DNA of 64,000 nt from Sedimentisphaeraceae bacterium JB056 (GTDB taxonomy: Bacteria; Planctomycetota; Phycisphaerae; Sedimentisphaerales; Sedimentisphaeraceae): contig JBITAJ010000025.1 of assembly GCA_044440125.1 (NCBI GenBank), positions 30,456-94,455 of the forward strand, given 5' to 3'. Under the pieces are notes generated by a model that did not search any database, was not told the DNA's origin, and saw nothing but the letters and a program-made list of their open reading frames with translations. Position 1 is the stretch's first letter, and the number at the start of each line of letters is the position of its first letter. Position numbers and translations under genes: made by a program. Below, in pieces: positions 47,041 through 56,501 of this stretch.

Positions 47041-48045
47041 ATGCAAAAAATTAAAACAGCAGTAGTTGGTGCGGGCAAAATGGGCGGCTTTCATAGTCGT
47101 GTGTACAGCGAGCTTGATTATGTCGAGCTTGTTGCGGTTGCTGATGTAGATATCAAAAAAGCCTCTGAACTTGCGGATAAATATGGATGCAAGGCAGTCT
47201 CCGATCCTTCTGAACTTATCGGACAGGTTGATGCAGTTACCATTTCAGCCCCTACAATACGCCATCTTGAGCTTGCTGAGATGTTCATAAACAACAATAT
47301 TGCGGTATTGATTGAAAAGCCTCTTGCTGCAACAATTGAGCAGGGGCAAAAAATAGTCGACCTTGCGGCTGAAAAGAATGTTATTGCTGCAGTAGGACAT
47401 AGTGAGAGGTGCAATCCTGTAGTTCAGGCGATGAAAAGGCTTGAGATAGAGCCTCGCTATATACAGGTCAACAGGATAAGTCCTTACACTTTCAGGTCTA
47501 CAGATATTGGTGTTGTGCTTGATATAATGATACATGACATTGATATAATTTTGTCGCTTGCGGGAAGCAAAGTTAAGAAAGTTGATGCTGTTGGAGTTAA
47601 TGTTCTTGGCGAAAATGAGGATATTTGTAACGCGAGAATCTTTTTCGAGAACGGGTGTGTTGCAAATATAACATCTTCGCGCCTTGCTCTTAAGACAGAG
47701 CGAAAGATCAGGATATTCAGCCGTCAGGCATATCTTAGCCTTGATTATCTCCAAAAAGAAGGTATTGCTATTAAGGCTGCTCCGAATGTTAATGTACTTG
47801 ATTGGATAAAAGAGAAGCAGGAAGAAGGAGATTTTGATTTCAATTCAGTGAATTGGCCTGATCTTCTGGATATTGAGCCGCTTGCTATTGAGAATAATGA
47901 GCCTCTTAAAGTTGAACAGGAAGCTTTTCTGTCAGCTGTAATGGGAAAGATTGAGCGTCCTGAAGTAACTGCGGCAGAGGGCCTTGAGGCTCTGAAATGT
48001 GCACACAAAATACTGGAAGCTATAAAAGAACACAGTTGGGAATGA
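47041..48045 (+). CDS. Gfo/Idh/MocA oxidoreductase, GnnA-like (UDP-GlcNAc 3-dehydrogenase candidate)
   Basis: GAGKMG, EKP, VGH.ER.NP, DIMIHDID; directly after lpxA. Confidence 0.75.
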   Translation: MQKIKTAVVGAGKMGGFHSRVYSELDYVELVAVADVDIKKASELADKYGCKAVSDPSELIGQVDAVTISAPTIRHLELAEMFINNNIAVLIEKPLAATIEQGQKIVDLAAEKNVIAAVGHSERCNPVVQAMKRLEIEPRYIQVNRISPYTFRSTDIGVVLDIMIHDIDIILSLAGSKVKKVDAVGVNVLGENEDICNARIFFENGCVANITSSRLALKTERKIRIFSRQAYLSLDYLQKEGIAIKAAPNVNVLDWIKEKQEEGDFDFNSVNWPDLLDIEPLAIENNEPLKVEQEAFLSAVMGKIERPEVTAAEGLEALKCAHKILEAIKEHSWE

Positions 48046-48058
48046 GCTTGATATAAAT

Positions 48059-48688
48059 ATGGCACCAGATTATAACATACACCCGGATTTCTTCTTTAAT
48101 CCTCATGGCGTTGAGGGTATTGTCGATTTTTCTGAAGTTTTTGGTAATGATGCACCTTTGCAGATTGAGATTGGTTCAGGCAAAGGCACTTTTCTTGTAA
48201 GTCAGGCAAAGGCGTTTCCTGATATTAATTTCGTTGGTATTGAGTGGGCAAGCAGATATTACCGTCATGCGGTTGATCGCATCTACAGGCATGGACTTAC
48301 GAATGTACGAATGATGAGAGATGAGGCTGCTGATTTTATAGCAGAGCATCTTGCTGATGAGTCAGTGGATAGATATCACATCTATTTTCCTGATCCATGG
48401 CCAAAGAAACGGCACAATAAACGCAGACTTGTTTGTGATGAGAATGTTGCTCAGATGGTACGAACTTTGAGGCCCGGCGGCGTAATAAATATCGCTACCG
48501 ATCACACTGATTATTTCGAGCAGATGCAGCAAGTTTTACTCGATCCGGAAAAGACTCAAATTGAGCAGGTTCCATACACAAAACCGGCAGGAGCCAGAGA
48601 AGGCGAGATGGCCGGCACTAATTTTGAACGCAAATACCTTGTCGAAGGACGCAAGACAAACGTAATAGCCGTCCGTAAGAAAGGGTAG
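48059..48688 (+). CDS. trmB: tRNA (guanine-N7)-methyltransferase
   Basis: EIGSGKG, GIE, FPDPWPKKRH.KRR, ATD, T.FE.K. Confidence 0.95.
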   Translation: MAPDYNIHPDFFFNPHGVEGIVDFSEVFGNDAPLQIEIGSGKGTFLVSQAKAFPDINFVGIEWASRYYRHAVDRIYRHGLTNVRMMRDEAADFIAEHLADESVDRYHIYFPDPWPKKRHNKRRLVCDENVAQMVRTLRPGGVINIATDHTDYFEQMQQVLLDPEKTQIEQVPYTKPAGAREGEMAGTNFERKYLVEGRKTNVIAVRKKG

Positions 48689-48692
48689 ATAT

Positions 48693-49439
48693 ATGTTGAC
48701 ACAAAAGAAGCCATTAAGACTCAAATTTGTAGTTTGCGGTGTTCTTAGACGTGAAGCTTATTATTGTGCGGCGAATTCAAAGAATATCGTTGAGGTTTGT
48801 ATTGTGGAGCAGGGGCTTCATAACGAACCTCAAAAGTTGAAAGCCCAGTTGCAAAAGATATTGACTGATACGACTGATTCTCAGGGCAATACATTTGATG
48901 CGATAATAATGGGTTATGGTTTGTGCAGCAATGGTATAATCGGCCTATCTTCACCTCTCCCCGTTATCGTCCCCAGAGCGCATGATTGTGTCACACTTCT
49001 ACTTGGCTCCAAGGAGAAATATCAGGAATATTTTGACTCTCATCGCGGCATATACTGGTATAGTTGCGGCTGGATAGAATCTACTCCGATGCCCGGCAAA
49101 GAGCGTGTTGAAGACACTCGCAAAGAGTATATAGAGAAATATGGAGAGGATAACGCCGATTTTCTGATGGAAATGGAGCAGAATTGGATGAAGGAATACG
49201 AGTGGGCGACATTCATTAATTGGCCTTTCGATATTTGCAAGGATTATGCTCAATATACCAAAGAATGCGCTGGTTATATGAATTGGAAATATGATCAGGT
49301 AGACGGCAGCAGCGGCCTGATTCAGAGGATGGTCGATGGTGATTGGGATAATGAGGATTTCCTGACTCTTGAGCCGGGTACGGAAATAGAAGAAGATCTG
49401 ACTTGCTCGGGAATAATAAAAGCAAGCTCACAGAGCTGA
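48693..49439 (+). CDS. DUF1638 family protein
   Basis: C.V..RE, GLH..P, YGLC.NG, RAHDC..LLLGS motifs. Confidence 0.7.
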   Translation: MLTQKKPLRLKFVVCGVLRREAYYCAANSKNIVEVCIVEQGLHNEPQKLKAQLQKILTDTTDSQGNTFDAIIMGYGLCSNGIIGLSSPLPVIVPRAHDCVTLLLGSKEKYQEYFDSHRGIYWYSCGWIESTPMPGKERVEDTRKEYIEKYGEDNADFLMEMEQNWMKEYEWATFINWPFDICKDYAQYTKECAGYMNWKYDQVDGSSGLIQRMVDGDWDNEDFLTLEPGTEIEEDLTCSGIIKASSQS

Positions 49440-49544
49440 ACTTGCGTATAAGTGATAAATTTCATTTTGTAAAGACGCCGGTTTACCGCGTCTCATTAAA
49501 CTGATGCGATTATATTTTTAACAACCCGTATTAAAGATGTAAAT

Positions 49545-49591
49545 AAAAAGAAGGCACTCTGAAGTATGATTTCAAAGTGCCTTCTTTTTTT
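49545..49591. terminator. Bidirectional intrinsic terminator between convergent units
   Basis: AAAAAGAAGGCACT...AGTGCCTTCTTTTT long hairpin flanked by A and T runs. Confidence 0.88.
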
Positions 49592-49607
49592 GTTGATTTT
49601 ATGTGAC

Positions 49608-50453
49608 TTAATTTTTGCTTTCTGTATCAGTATCAGCGAAAGGCTTTTCACCCTGTACCGATTCAATGGTTTTGAGTGCTTTTTCTACTTCTTCCTTTTT
49701 GCCCCTGACTACTATCCAGGTTGAGCCTTCTGCTCCTCCGATTCCGCCTGAGGCACCATCAAAAGCTTCTACATCTGCGAAGGTTTTGATGGCTTCGATC
49801 TCGGTTACTATTTTCCCGTTGAGCAGGAACATCGAAGGTACGTAGCTCAGATACTCTATCGGTTCTTGCATCTTTTCAGAGAGAGTTATAAGATCCGTTG
49901 TTACTTGTTTTTCCAGCCCTATAGGTATTATCAGGTGTGCCTTTCTGGCTACGACATAAGGCATGAACTTGCCTGTTGTGCCGCCGTCAGGAGCCCCGAT
50001 ACATACTCCGGCAAGCTTGTTTTTGTAGTCGAGGGCATTGCCGCCTTTGATTACAACATCGCCAGGTTTAAGCTGTTCGAGAGCTTCTTTGAAACTGACT
50101 TCTTTTTCCCACTTACCGTTTATGAGGACTATTTCCGATATAGGGTTTCCTCGCGAGACCTTCTTCGCATCAGTCGATGGGTATATCTTGCCGGTAGTAA
50201 AAGGGCCGTGTTCAAATTTCTGACCCAATATCTCTTCGGCAACATAAGTGTTAGTTGTACCGCGACATATAATAACAATACCTTGTTCAAGGGCCTTTTT
50301 GACCTCAGGAAGTCTTGCTATTGATTTACCTATAAGCCTTTTACCCTCGGCTACGGTAAGTATTCCGCCAGCCTGCACTTTATCGGTGTCGGCATTGGCG
50401 AAAGAAAAAGATAAAAGTAATAATATGACAACACTTAACTTACTAAAATTCAT
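49608..50453 (-). CDS. Conserved hypothetical exported protein
   Basis: Signal peptide (..SFANA); globular alpha/beta sequence; GAGG RBS. Confidence 0.75.
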   Translation of the reverse strand: MNFSKLSVVILLLLSFSFANADTDKVQAGGILTVAEGKRLIGKSIARLPEVKKALEQGIVIICRGTTNTYVAEEILGQKFEHGPFTTGKIYPSTDAKKVSRGNPISEIVLINGKWEKEVSFKEALEQLKPGDVVIKGGNALDYKNKLAGVCIGAPDGGTTGKFMPYVVARKAHLIIPIGLEKQVTTDLITLSEKMQEPIEYLSYVPSMFLLNGKIVTEIEAIKTFADVEAFDGASGGIGGAEGSTWIVVRGKKEEVEKALKTIESVQGEKPFADTDTESKN

Positions 50454-50483
50454 TCATATCCTCATAAATCTAAACAATAAAAT

Positions 50484-52712
50484 TTAATCCATCGGCAAGT
50501 AGACGCCGCCTGATGGTGTAACTTTCATATCGGTCTTTTTCAAACCCGTAGGTATTTCTTCAATTTCTTTGCTTGCTTTGCATAGATACCCTACTTCGGC
50601 TTCACCTGCGATTATATCCGCATATGATATAGAGGCTTCGGTTCTCGTTACACGTGCGATAGCCGATTGGCTGTCGAAAGTTCCGATTGCCTGGCCTGTA
50701 TAAGGGTCTTTCATTGCTCCACCGCGTTTGAATATATAAACCTCTTGCCCCGGTATAAGTATATCGCTGCCGGCACTTATAGCTATATCATTTCCGGCAA
50801 CAGCCACAACGAGTATAGGAAACAGCTCATTGATAAGCTGTTCGGTCACATTTCCCGCGGCCATTGAGATTAGTGTGTATTTAATCTGTGATTCGCCGAT
50901 CTCCCTGTCTGTTGAAGTGGCGAGGTCAGGAATCAGAGACTTAAGCTGCTCATCGTCAAGTATTATATCCATTTGGTCAGAATGAGCAATCTTTCTGGTA
51001 GCAAGGTCAATGATCCTGTATTCTAAGCGGATCTGTGCGTTGTAGCGAGTGCTGGTTATAGAAGCGGCTTCGACATACTTCGAGTCTTTTGTGACGCTGA
51101 AGCTTTCAAGTCTGCCGACAACAATGTAATCTGCAGCACTGACATTGTCAAGTTTGGGCAGTATTTCTTCAATAGGTGAGCTGTCGAGAATAAGCTGGAT
51201 CTCTTTCGAATAATCTGCCTGATAGTCCCTGTCAAGAAGCTCAAATTTACCGGTTTTGCTCAGGGCAGTTATAAGATATTGGTCAAACTTAGATGCTATT
51301 TCCCTTGAACCTGTAATCTGGTTGAGATATGTACTTTTAGCGTTTGTAAATTTTAACGGCAATACCGCAAGCTTGGCCGGTTTGAAGTTTTTGGCCTTAT
51401 GAGCTTCAACTTTTTGCACGAAATCCTGATTTAAGATAGGCTGACCGTCAAGTGTTGCGCCGGTTGGGGGAGTTGATGCTTGTTTCCCTTCAGCCATATC
51501 AGTTTGCTTGAGGCAAGCATCACCGACTTTGATTTTTGAAATATCACCAGAGATCACCTTAGCGAAAGACATTCTGTCTGCAACAACATCAACCTCTATG
51601 GTTGCTGTCTTATCCATGGTATTTCCAAGAGATAAACCTGTCTGCGGATCAGTAACTTCGGCCCCTTTGTTCAGTACATCGAAAATATCGCCCTCGGAAA
51701 TTCGTTTGCCGCCTTCATTGAGATATATTATATCGCCTTGAATATAGGCCACCAGCACAGGGTAAATCTTCTCAGTGACAGCATCAACGATCTTGTCTGC
51801 GACCATTGCTGATATAGCCTTCTTGACCTCTGTGATATCAAGTTCGAGATCGGCTGGCGTTGTTTTTTCCCATAAAGCGTTTACCTCTTGCGGGCTTAGC
51901 TTAAACTCCACAGTATCAGATATTCGTGTTTGAAGTGTGGCTGGTATTATCAGTCTGTATTCCACTTCTACATTTGCTTCATAAAGCGGAAGTTTACGTT
52001 TTGACGTCATGCCGTCTCTTAATGCGCTTTCAAGTCTGAACTCTCTTATCGTGCCGCTTATCATGAAGTCTGAGCCGTAAACCATGGCAAGCCTCGCCTT
52101 GTCTGCCATTGAGGCGTCATCGGAAAGCATAATATTTCTTTCCGTGGCAAAGTCTTTTATGTATGTTCTTTCGAGAACGTTGAACTTATCAGTAGATGTA
52201 AGCCCGTTGTTTATCGCTGCTTCAAGTCTTTCTGATATTCCAAGAGTACCGGCAGCCTGCTTGAAGTCGTTGACAACTATTCTTACGCGTTTGTCTGTTG
52301 TATCAGCGGCAGGGTGTTGGTATTTATAGACTTCTGCCTCTACAGTAACTTTGATATTTGAGTCGTCCTGTTTCTCACTTGATAAGACCTTGAATCCTTT
52401 GATGTAGCCTTCGAAGCTCCTGTCAACTGTCTCACGGGTGATTTTGCCTGTGATCAGAAGCGAGTTGTTGGCAAGAGGCGGAAAGTACGTCTGATTGCTG
52501 CTTACAACGTTAATGACGTCTGTGTCAGATTCTATCGATATGCCGTTAACTTGTGTTACCGCATTGTTTAATGCGTAGTAGAGGGCTGCGTTTTCAGTTT
52601 CTCCTACACCCCAGGCGGTTACCGATTCGGTATTCTCTGTATAAACGCCGTTTGCTGCAAATACAGAACCGATAGCGGCTATTAATGCCAGAATATATAT
52701 GTTCTTTTTCAT
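50484..52712 (-). CDS. Exported protein with LPP20/FlgT-N-like domain and two CsgG/FlgT-like modules
   Basis: Signal peptide; two copies of L....KF.VLER/LLDR..., DF/DY...G, VEYR.I/LEYRII and YPVLV...DPQTG / FPILV...DPYTG. Confidence 0.65.
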   Translation of the reverse strand: MKKNIYILALIAAIGSVFAANGVYTENTESVTAWGVGETENAALYYALNNAVTQVNGISIESDTDVINVVSSNQTYFPPLANNSLLITGKITRETVDRSFEGYIKGFKVLSSEKQDDSNIKVTVEAEVYKYQHPAADTTDKRVRIVVNDFKQAAGTLGISERLEAAINNGLTSTDKFNVLERTYIKDFATERNIMLSDDASMADKARLAMVYGSDFMISGTIREFRLESALRDGMTSKRKLPLYEANVEVEYRLIIPATLQTRISDTVEFKLSPQEVNALWEKTTPADLELDITEVKKAISAMVADKIVDAVTEKIYPVLVAYIQGDIIYLNEGGKRISEGDIFDVLNKGAEVTDPQTGLSLGNTMDKTATIEVDVVADRMSFAKVISGDISKIKVGDACLKQTDMAEGKQASTPPTGATLDGQPILNQDFVQKVEAHKAKNFKPAKLAVLPLKFTNAKSTYLNQITGSREIASKFDQYLITALSKTGKFELLDRDYQADYSKEIQLILDSSPIEEILPKLDNVSAADYIVVGRLESFSVTKDSKYVEAASITSTRYNAQIRLEYRIIDLATRKIAHSDQMDIILDDEQLKSLIPDLATSTDREIGESQIKYTLISMAAGNVTEQLINELFPILVVAVAGNDIAISAGSDILIPGQEVYIFKRGGAMKDPYTGQAIGTFDSQSAIARVTRTEASISYADIIAGEAEVGYLCKASKEIEEIPTGLKKTDMKVTPSGGVYLPMD

Positions 52713-52810
52713 TTTTTTACTCCTTCAAAACTTGATAATGCCTGCAAAAAGAGCCCTAAAGGTTTTGCAGTTGTCAAACTTCTCTCTGATATGTCATGTT
52801 AGTTCAAGGC

Positions 52811-53440
52811 TTACCAGGAGACACTTTTATTGCTGCCGCGTTTGCCTATGAATTCTTCTCTCTGCCAGAGTCTCAGGCCTGTTGTAAGGTCGGTAACATA
52901 AAGCTGGAAGTAGTATTCGACCTGCTGAACGTTTTTCTTTATGGTTACGTTTTTCTGGATAATCTTACCTGCTATACTTAGCTCAGGAGCTATTAGCTGA
53001 CCCTTTGCTGCAACATTGCCCTGGTTGAATTCGTCTGATTCACGAAGATCACGGCTTTGCTCGATCAATACATCAGTAGAGCCGCCTGACTCACCTTTGA
53101 CACCTTCTTTGCGACCGCTAACGGCAGAGGTAAAAACTATTTTGCCTGTATTCAAAAGCTCTTCTTCTATTTTTGCCATAAGCTGATCTGTATCAATATA
53201 CTGCATTGTGTCATTAATGATACGGCTTGTTGCCATTACGTAACGACCGCCACCGGGTTTATTGATAGATCCCGATTGAACCATTGACTGCACCATGGAG
53301 CTTGCGGCTTTTTCGAAATCTCTGTAATCAAGACCCATGACAGCTCCGGCTGTATCGTTCTGGACATCAATGTTTGTTGTTTCTGTAGCACAACCGGCAA
53401 TAAAAACTGCTGCGATAAGTAATATAGTTAGTTTTTTCAT
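52811..53440 (-). CDS. lpoB: LpoB-like lipoprotein (penicillin-binding protein activator family)
   Basis: Lipobox IAGC; INDT.QYIDTD.L, EYYFQL.VTDL.TG..LW; follows a YcfL-like gene. Confidence 0.7.
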   Translation of the reverse strand: MKKLTILLIAAVFIAGCATETTNIDVQNDTAGAVMGLDYRDFEKAASSMVQSMVQSGSINKPGGGRYVMATSRIINDTMQYIDTDQLMAKIEEELLNTGKIVFTSAVSGRKEGVKGESGGSTDVLIEQSRDLRESDEFNQGNVAAKGQLIAPELSIAGKIIQKNVTIKKNVQQVEYYFQLYVTDLTTGLRLWQREEFIGKRGSNKSVSW

Positions 53441-53469
53441 TTTTCAATCCTCTTCTTTATGATTAGTTG

Positions 53470-53904
53470 TTATTTTACTTTTCTTGTTATTACTCTGAAT
53501 GTGCTGGCTTCAGCTCTTGGAGCAATACCTTTTATAGTACTTGTGGCGTTTCCTGCTATAGAGTAGGGCAGCCATACACTGGTCTTGGTATCAAGGATTC
53601 CACCTTGACTGTCAAGCCATTCAAATTTATATTCAAATCTTTTGGTTTTATACGAATCATTGTGGAGTGTTATGTGTACTTCCATGAATCCGCTTTTACC
53701 GATTTTCTGTGTAACATCCATTGCTGTCAATCCCTGACCGATTAGGTCACTGATGGCATAGGCAAACGGCCTTACAAGTATATTACTGGTTGCAGTGTCT
53801 GAACCAACACCCTGACCAAGCTGTACACGAGGATCCTGAGCCTTTTTTTGACAGCCGCAACTGAAGATCAACGCGAAACTTAATAATAAAATAATCTTTC
53901 TCAT
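53470..53904 (-). CDS. YcfL/DUF1425 family lipoprotein
   Basis: Lipobox-like CGC; L.N......FEYKFEWLD..G, W, I.GIAP...A..FR. Confidence 0.72.
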   Translation of the reverse strand: MRKIILLLSFALIFSCGCQKKAQDPRVQLGQGVGSDTATSNILVRPFAYAISDLIGQGLTAMDVTQKIGKSGFMEVHITLHNDSYKTKRFEYKFEWLDSQGGILDTKTSVWLPYSIAGNATSTIKGIAPRAEASTFRVITRKVK

Positions 53905-53921
53905 TTTTGTTACCTCGCTAC

Positions 53922-55280
53922 TTAAAAAGTTATTATTTCATAAACCGGTTCTATTCCCGGCCCTATCATTTTTATGTAAACTATAGTATTCCCGCTTTGG
54001 CCGATATCTATCTTAATGCAGTCAGCCGAACAATTTGAGGCCGGAGTTATCTCTATTTTTCCGGAATCTGGCTTCTCAAACCTTGCTATCTGGAATTCCT
54101 TTGGCAGGGTGGTCCAGATACGGCAATCAGCTGCGGTTGTTGCTAAGGAATACATCGCAACTATCAAAGCAGCTGTTGAGTTATCATCATTTTGCAATGC
54201 ATATTGAGCAACAGCTTTAGTTGTAGCCGAGACAATTGCTCTTGTAAAAATCTCAGGATATTGTTTTTCGAATTCTGTTTTTATTACCCTGTCCATACTT
54301 GCCAGCAGTTTGGTATTGTATCGTTTCTGACCATCGCTTATTACAAGATACGGATATTTAGCCGCTCGTGTGCGTAATCTTGGCAATGCCACACCGAAAT
54401 ATTGCACTTTATTGGTTGCCACAAATAGTGGCAGATCAAGTCTCATTTCTTCTTTGACAGGTCCAAGTCCATTCTCAAATATGACCCAAACAGTGTTGGA
54501 AACGCTTTTTCTGTTGATGATATAATCTAAATCATTATTTATGTACTCGTTGTTACTGATGATACCTGCTGTTTGTTTAATCTGGAATTCAGCTTTATCG
54601 TAATCGCCCTCAAGATAGAAGAAAAGGGCGGAAATATATGATGTAAAGGGGTTTATGAAGCCAGGGTACGGCTCAAAGTTCTTTAATTCCGGATATTTGC
54701 GTTCGAGAATAGACATGTTTTGGGAATTGGTAGCATTATTGTATGCCTGCATGTCTTTCTTTTTGATTTGAGCTCTTGTTTTTTCAATTTCGGTGTTGTA
54801 GAATTCTTTGGCCCTTCGTTGCCGGTCAGTTGCACGATTAAACTCTACTCTTGCCCGATCATACTGACCTGTTATCATATAATTGATTGCTTTGTAAGTG
54901 TTTAGCATTACACCATCGTAGATTGTGCCCTCATAGGCAAGAGCGGTGTCGTTAGTAGCTGTTGCCCATATGTTGCTTACGTTCTTGTCGGCTCTTTCTC
55001 TATAGAATTTGATAAGGCCTTCAGCTCGGTCAAAATATTCATTGCTGAGTTTATAATCCCGTAGAAGGCGGTTGGAAGTACCTGATTGAAGCATCCAAAT
55101 TACATCATCATTTGATGGCTTTTCTCCGCCTTTTATCTGTCCTGCTGAAAAATCGGAAGCTTTTGAGATATTTCCATTTTCGATGTATGAGTTGAATTTG
55201 CTCAGGTTGTCTCTCATAGGGTTACAGCCTGTGCAGATAATTATACTTACAACAATTAATACTCGAACTATAGTGCTCAT
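53922..55280 (-). CDS. COG3014-like TPR lipoprotein
   Basis: Lipobox CTGC; ND....YEG..YD..M...YKA.NY, ARVEFNRA..RQ, ENGL.P.K.E, AD.R.W.TLP. Confidence 0.72.
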   Translation of the reverse strand: MSTIVRVLIVVSIIICTGCNPMRDNLSKFNSYIENGNISKASDFSAGQIKGGEKPSNDDVIWMLQSGTSNRLLRDYKLSNEYFDRAEGLIKFYRERADKNVSNIWATATNDTALAYEGTIYDGVMLNTYKAINYMITGQYDRARVEFNRATDRQRRAKEFYNTEIEKTRAQIKKKDMQAYNNATNSQNMSILERKYPELKNFEPYPGFINPFTSYISALFFYLEGDYDKAEFQIKQTAGIISNNEYINNDLDYIINRKSVSNTVWVIFENGLGPVKEEMRLDLPLFVATNKVQYFGVALPRLRTRAAKYPYLVISDGQKRYNTKLLASMDRVIKTEFEKQYPEIFTRAIVSATTKAVAQYALQNDDNSTAALIVAMYSLATTAADCRIWTTLPKEFQIARFEKPDSGKIEITPASNCSADCIKIDIGQSGNTIVYIKMIGPGIEPVYEIITF

Positions 55281-55483
55281 GGGTTCCTGTCTCTCTGATT
55301 CCTTTTATATCTAAATATATATTGTAGAAATGACTAAAAGTCAAGAATAAAACAAGCTTGATAATTACTCGACAATAAGTTATTATTAATAATTGTTTTA
55401 ACGGAATTATTGATAAATATATGTTCTGTTATACTGCTTTTGTTAAAGTTCTTGATAAAAGCAGTATAAATGAGAGTTTTGGC

Positions 55484-55513
55484 TTGAAGATTAAGGTATC
55501 TACATGCTAAAAT
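55484..55513 (+). promoter_or_regulatory. Putative sigma70 promoter
   Basis: TTGAAG-18 nt-TAAAAT with extended -10 TGn. Confidence 0.45.
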
Positions 55514-55574
55514 AGCATCTGCCTTTTGGTAGATGGCTAAATTGTAGTTATATTGTTGTTTGAATAAATATAAG

Positions 55575-56411
55575 ATGAAATATCAAAAAATATCGCGAAA
55601 AATATTTGCATTGCTGATCATCATAATGTTTTCTGCTCCAGGCATAGAAATAGTTAAAGGTGAAACTGCTGTAAAAGAGCTGAAACCTGTAGCTGTCGCT
55701 GATGGTTTTTCTCTTGGGGGAGTTGGCGGCACTGTAAGCAGAAGGCCTAAAGATGGGGCTGTTGTATATTGTCCTGAAAAAACTCTTACTGACGACGTTG
55801 GAAGTATTGAAAAGGGTAGGTGCATAGAGGTGCTTGAGGGCTATTCTCTTGACCTGATTGAGGAATTGTTAAAGGATAACGAGTCACTTGATTTAAAGGT
55901 ATGGGGGCTTGTAACTGAATTTGAAAAAGAGAATTATGCTTATATAAATTTCATAATGCCTTTAAATACCGAATTAGAGCAGAGTGGGGATGATGAGCCT
56001 GCTGATCAGAAGACGCAGCCTGAAGATGCCGAAGGTGATAACGTGATTCCTGATGACGTAATTGCAATGCTGAGAAGAAGCAATGGCAGTCTTGATACTG
56101 ATAAACTTTCTGATTTTGAAAACCAGAAAAAGGATAGCGTGTATACTCGCAAAACAGGTTTGGTAAAACAGACAAGTGATGGGCGTTTTTATTTTACACC
56201 TGATGGTTTAGGAAGAAAAATTCAGACTGAAAAATATTACTTGCAGAAATGCCGTACTCTGGAGAATGTCGTGGGTGTTGAGAAGAAGTCTATAGGTGAT
56301 TCTAAATTTGATGTTTCAGGTATTTTGTCTGAATACGAAGGTGAAAAATATTTATTGCTTCAAAGGGCAGTTAAAGTCTATAATTACGGCAATTTGTCAC
56401 CATCAAGGTAA
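55575..56411 (+). CDS. Hypothetical exported protein with two internally repeated beta domains
   Basis: N-terminal hydrophobic signal; repeats ...L..(I/V)E...(L/F)D.V.G..(T/S)E(F/Y)E...Y either side of an acidic linker. Confidence 0.7.
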   Translation: MKYQKISRKIFALLIIIMFSAPGIEIVKGETAVKELKPVAVADGFSLGGVGGTVSRRPKDGAVVYCPEKTLTDDVGSIEKGRCIEVLEGYSLDLIEELLKDNESLDLKVWGLVTEFEKENYAYINFIMPLNTELEQSGDDEPADQKTQPEDAEGDNVIPDDVIAMLRRSNGSLDTDKLSDFENQKKDSVYTRKTGLVKQTSDGRFYFTPDGLGRKIQTEKYYLQKCRTLENVVGVEKKSIGDSKFDVSGILSEYEGEKYLLLQRAVKVYNYGNLSPSR

Positions 56412-56501
56412 GATACTGTTTTTAAGATTTTGTTTCATAAGAAGTGATTAATTATTAATACGAATAATATATAAATATCTAAAGATTGGCGGTTATTTAA
56501 A

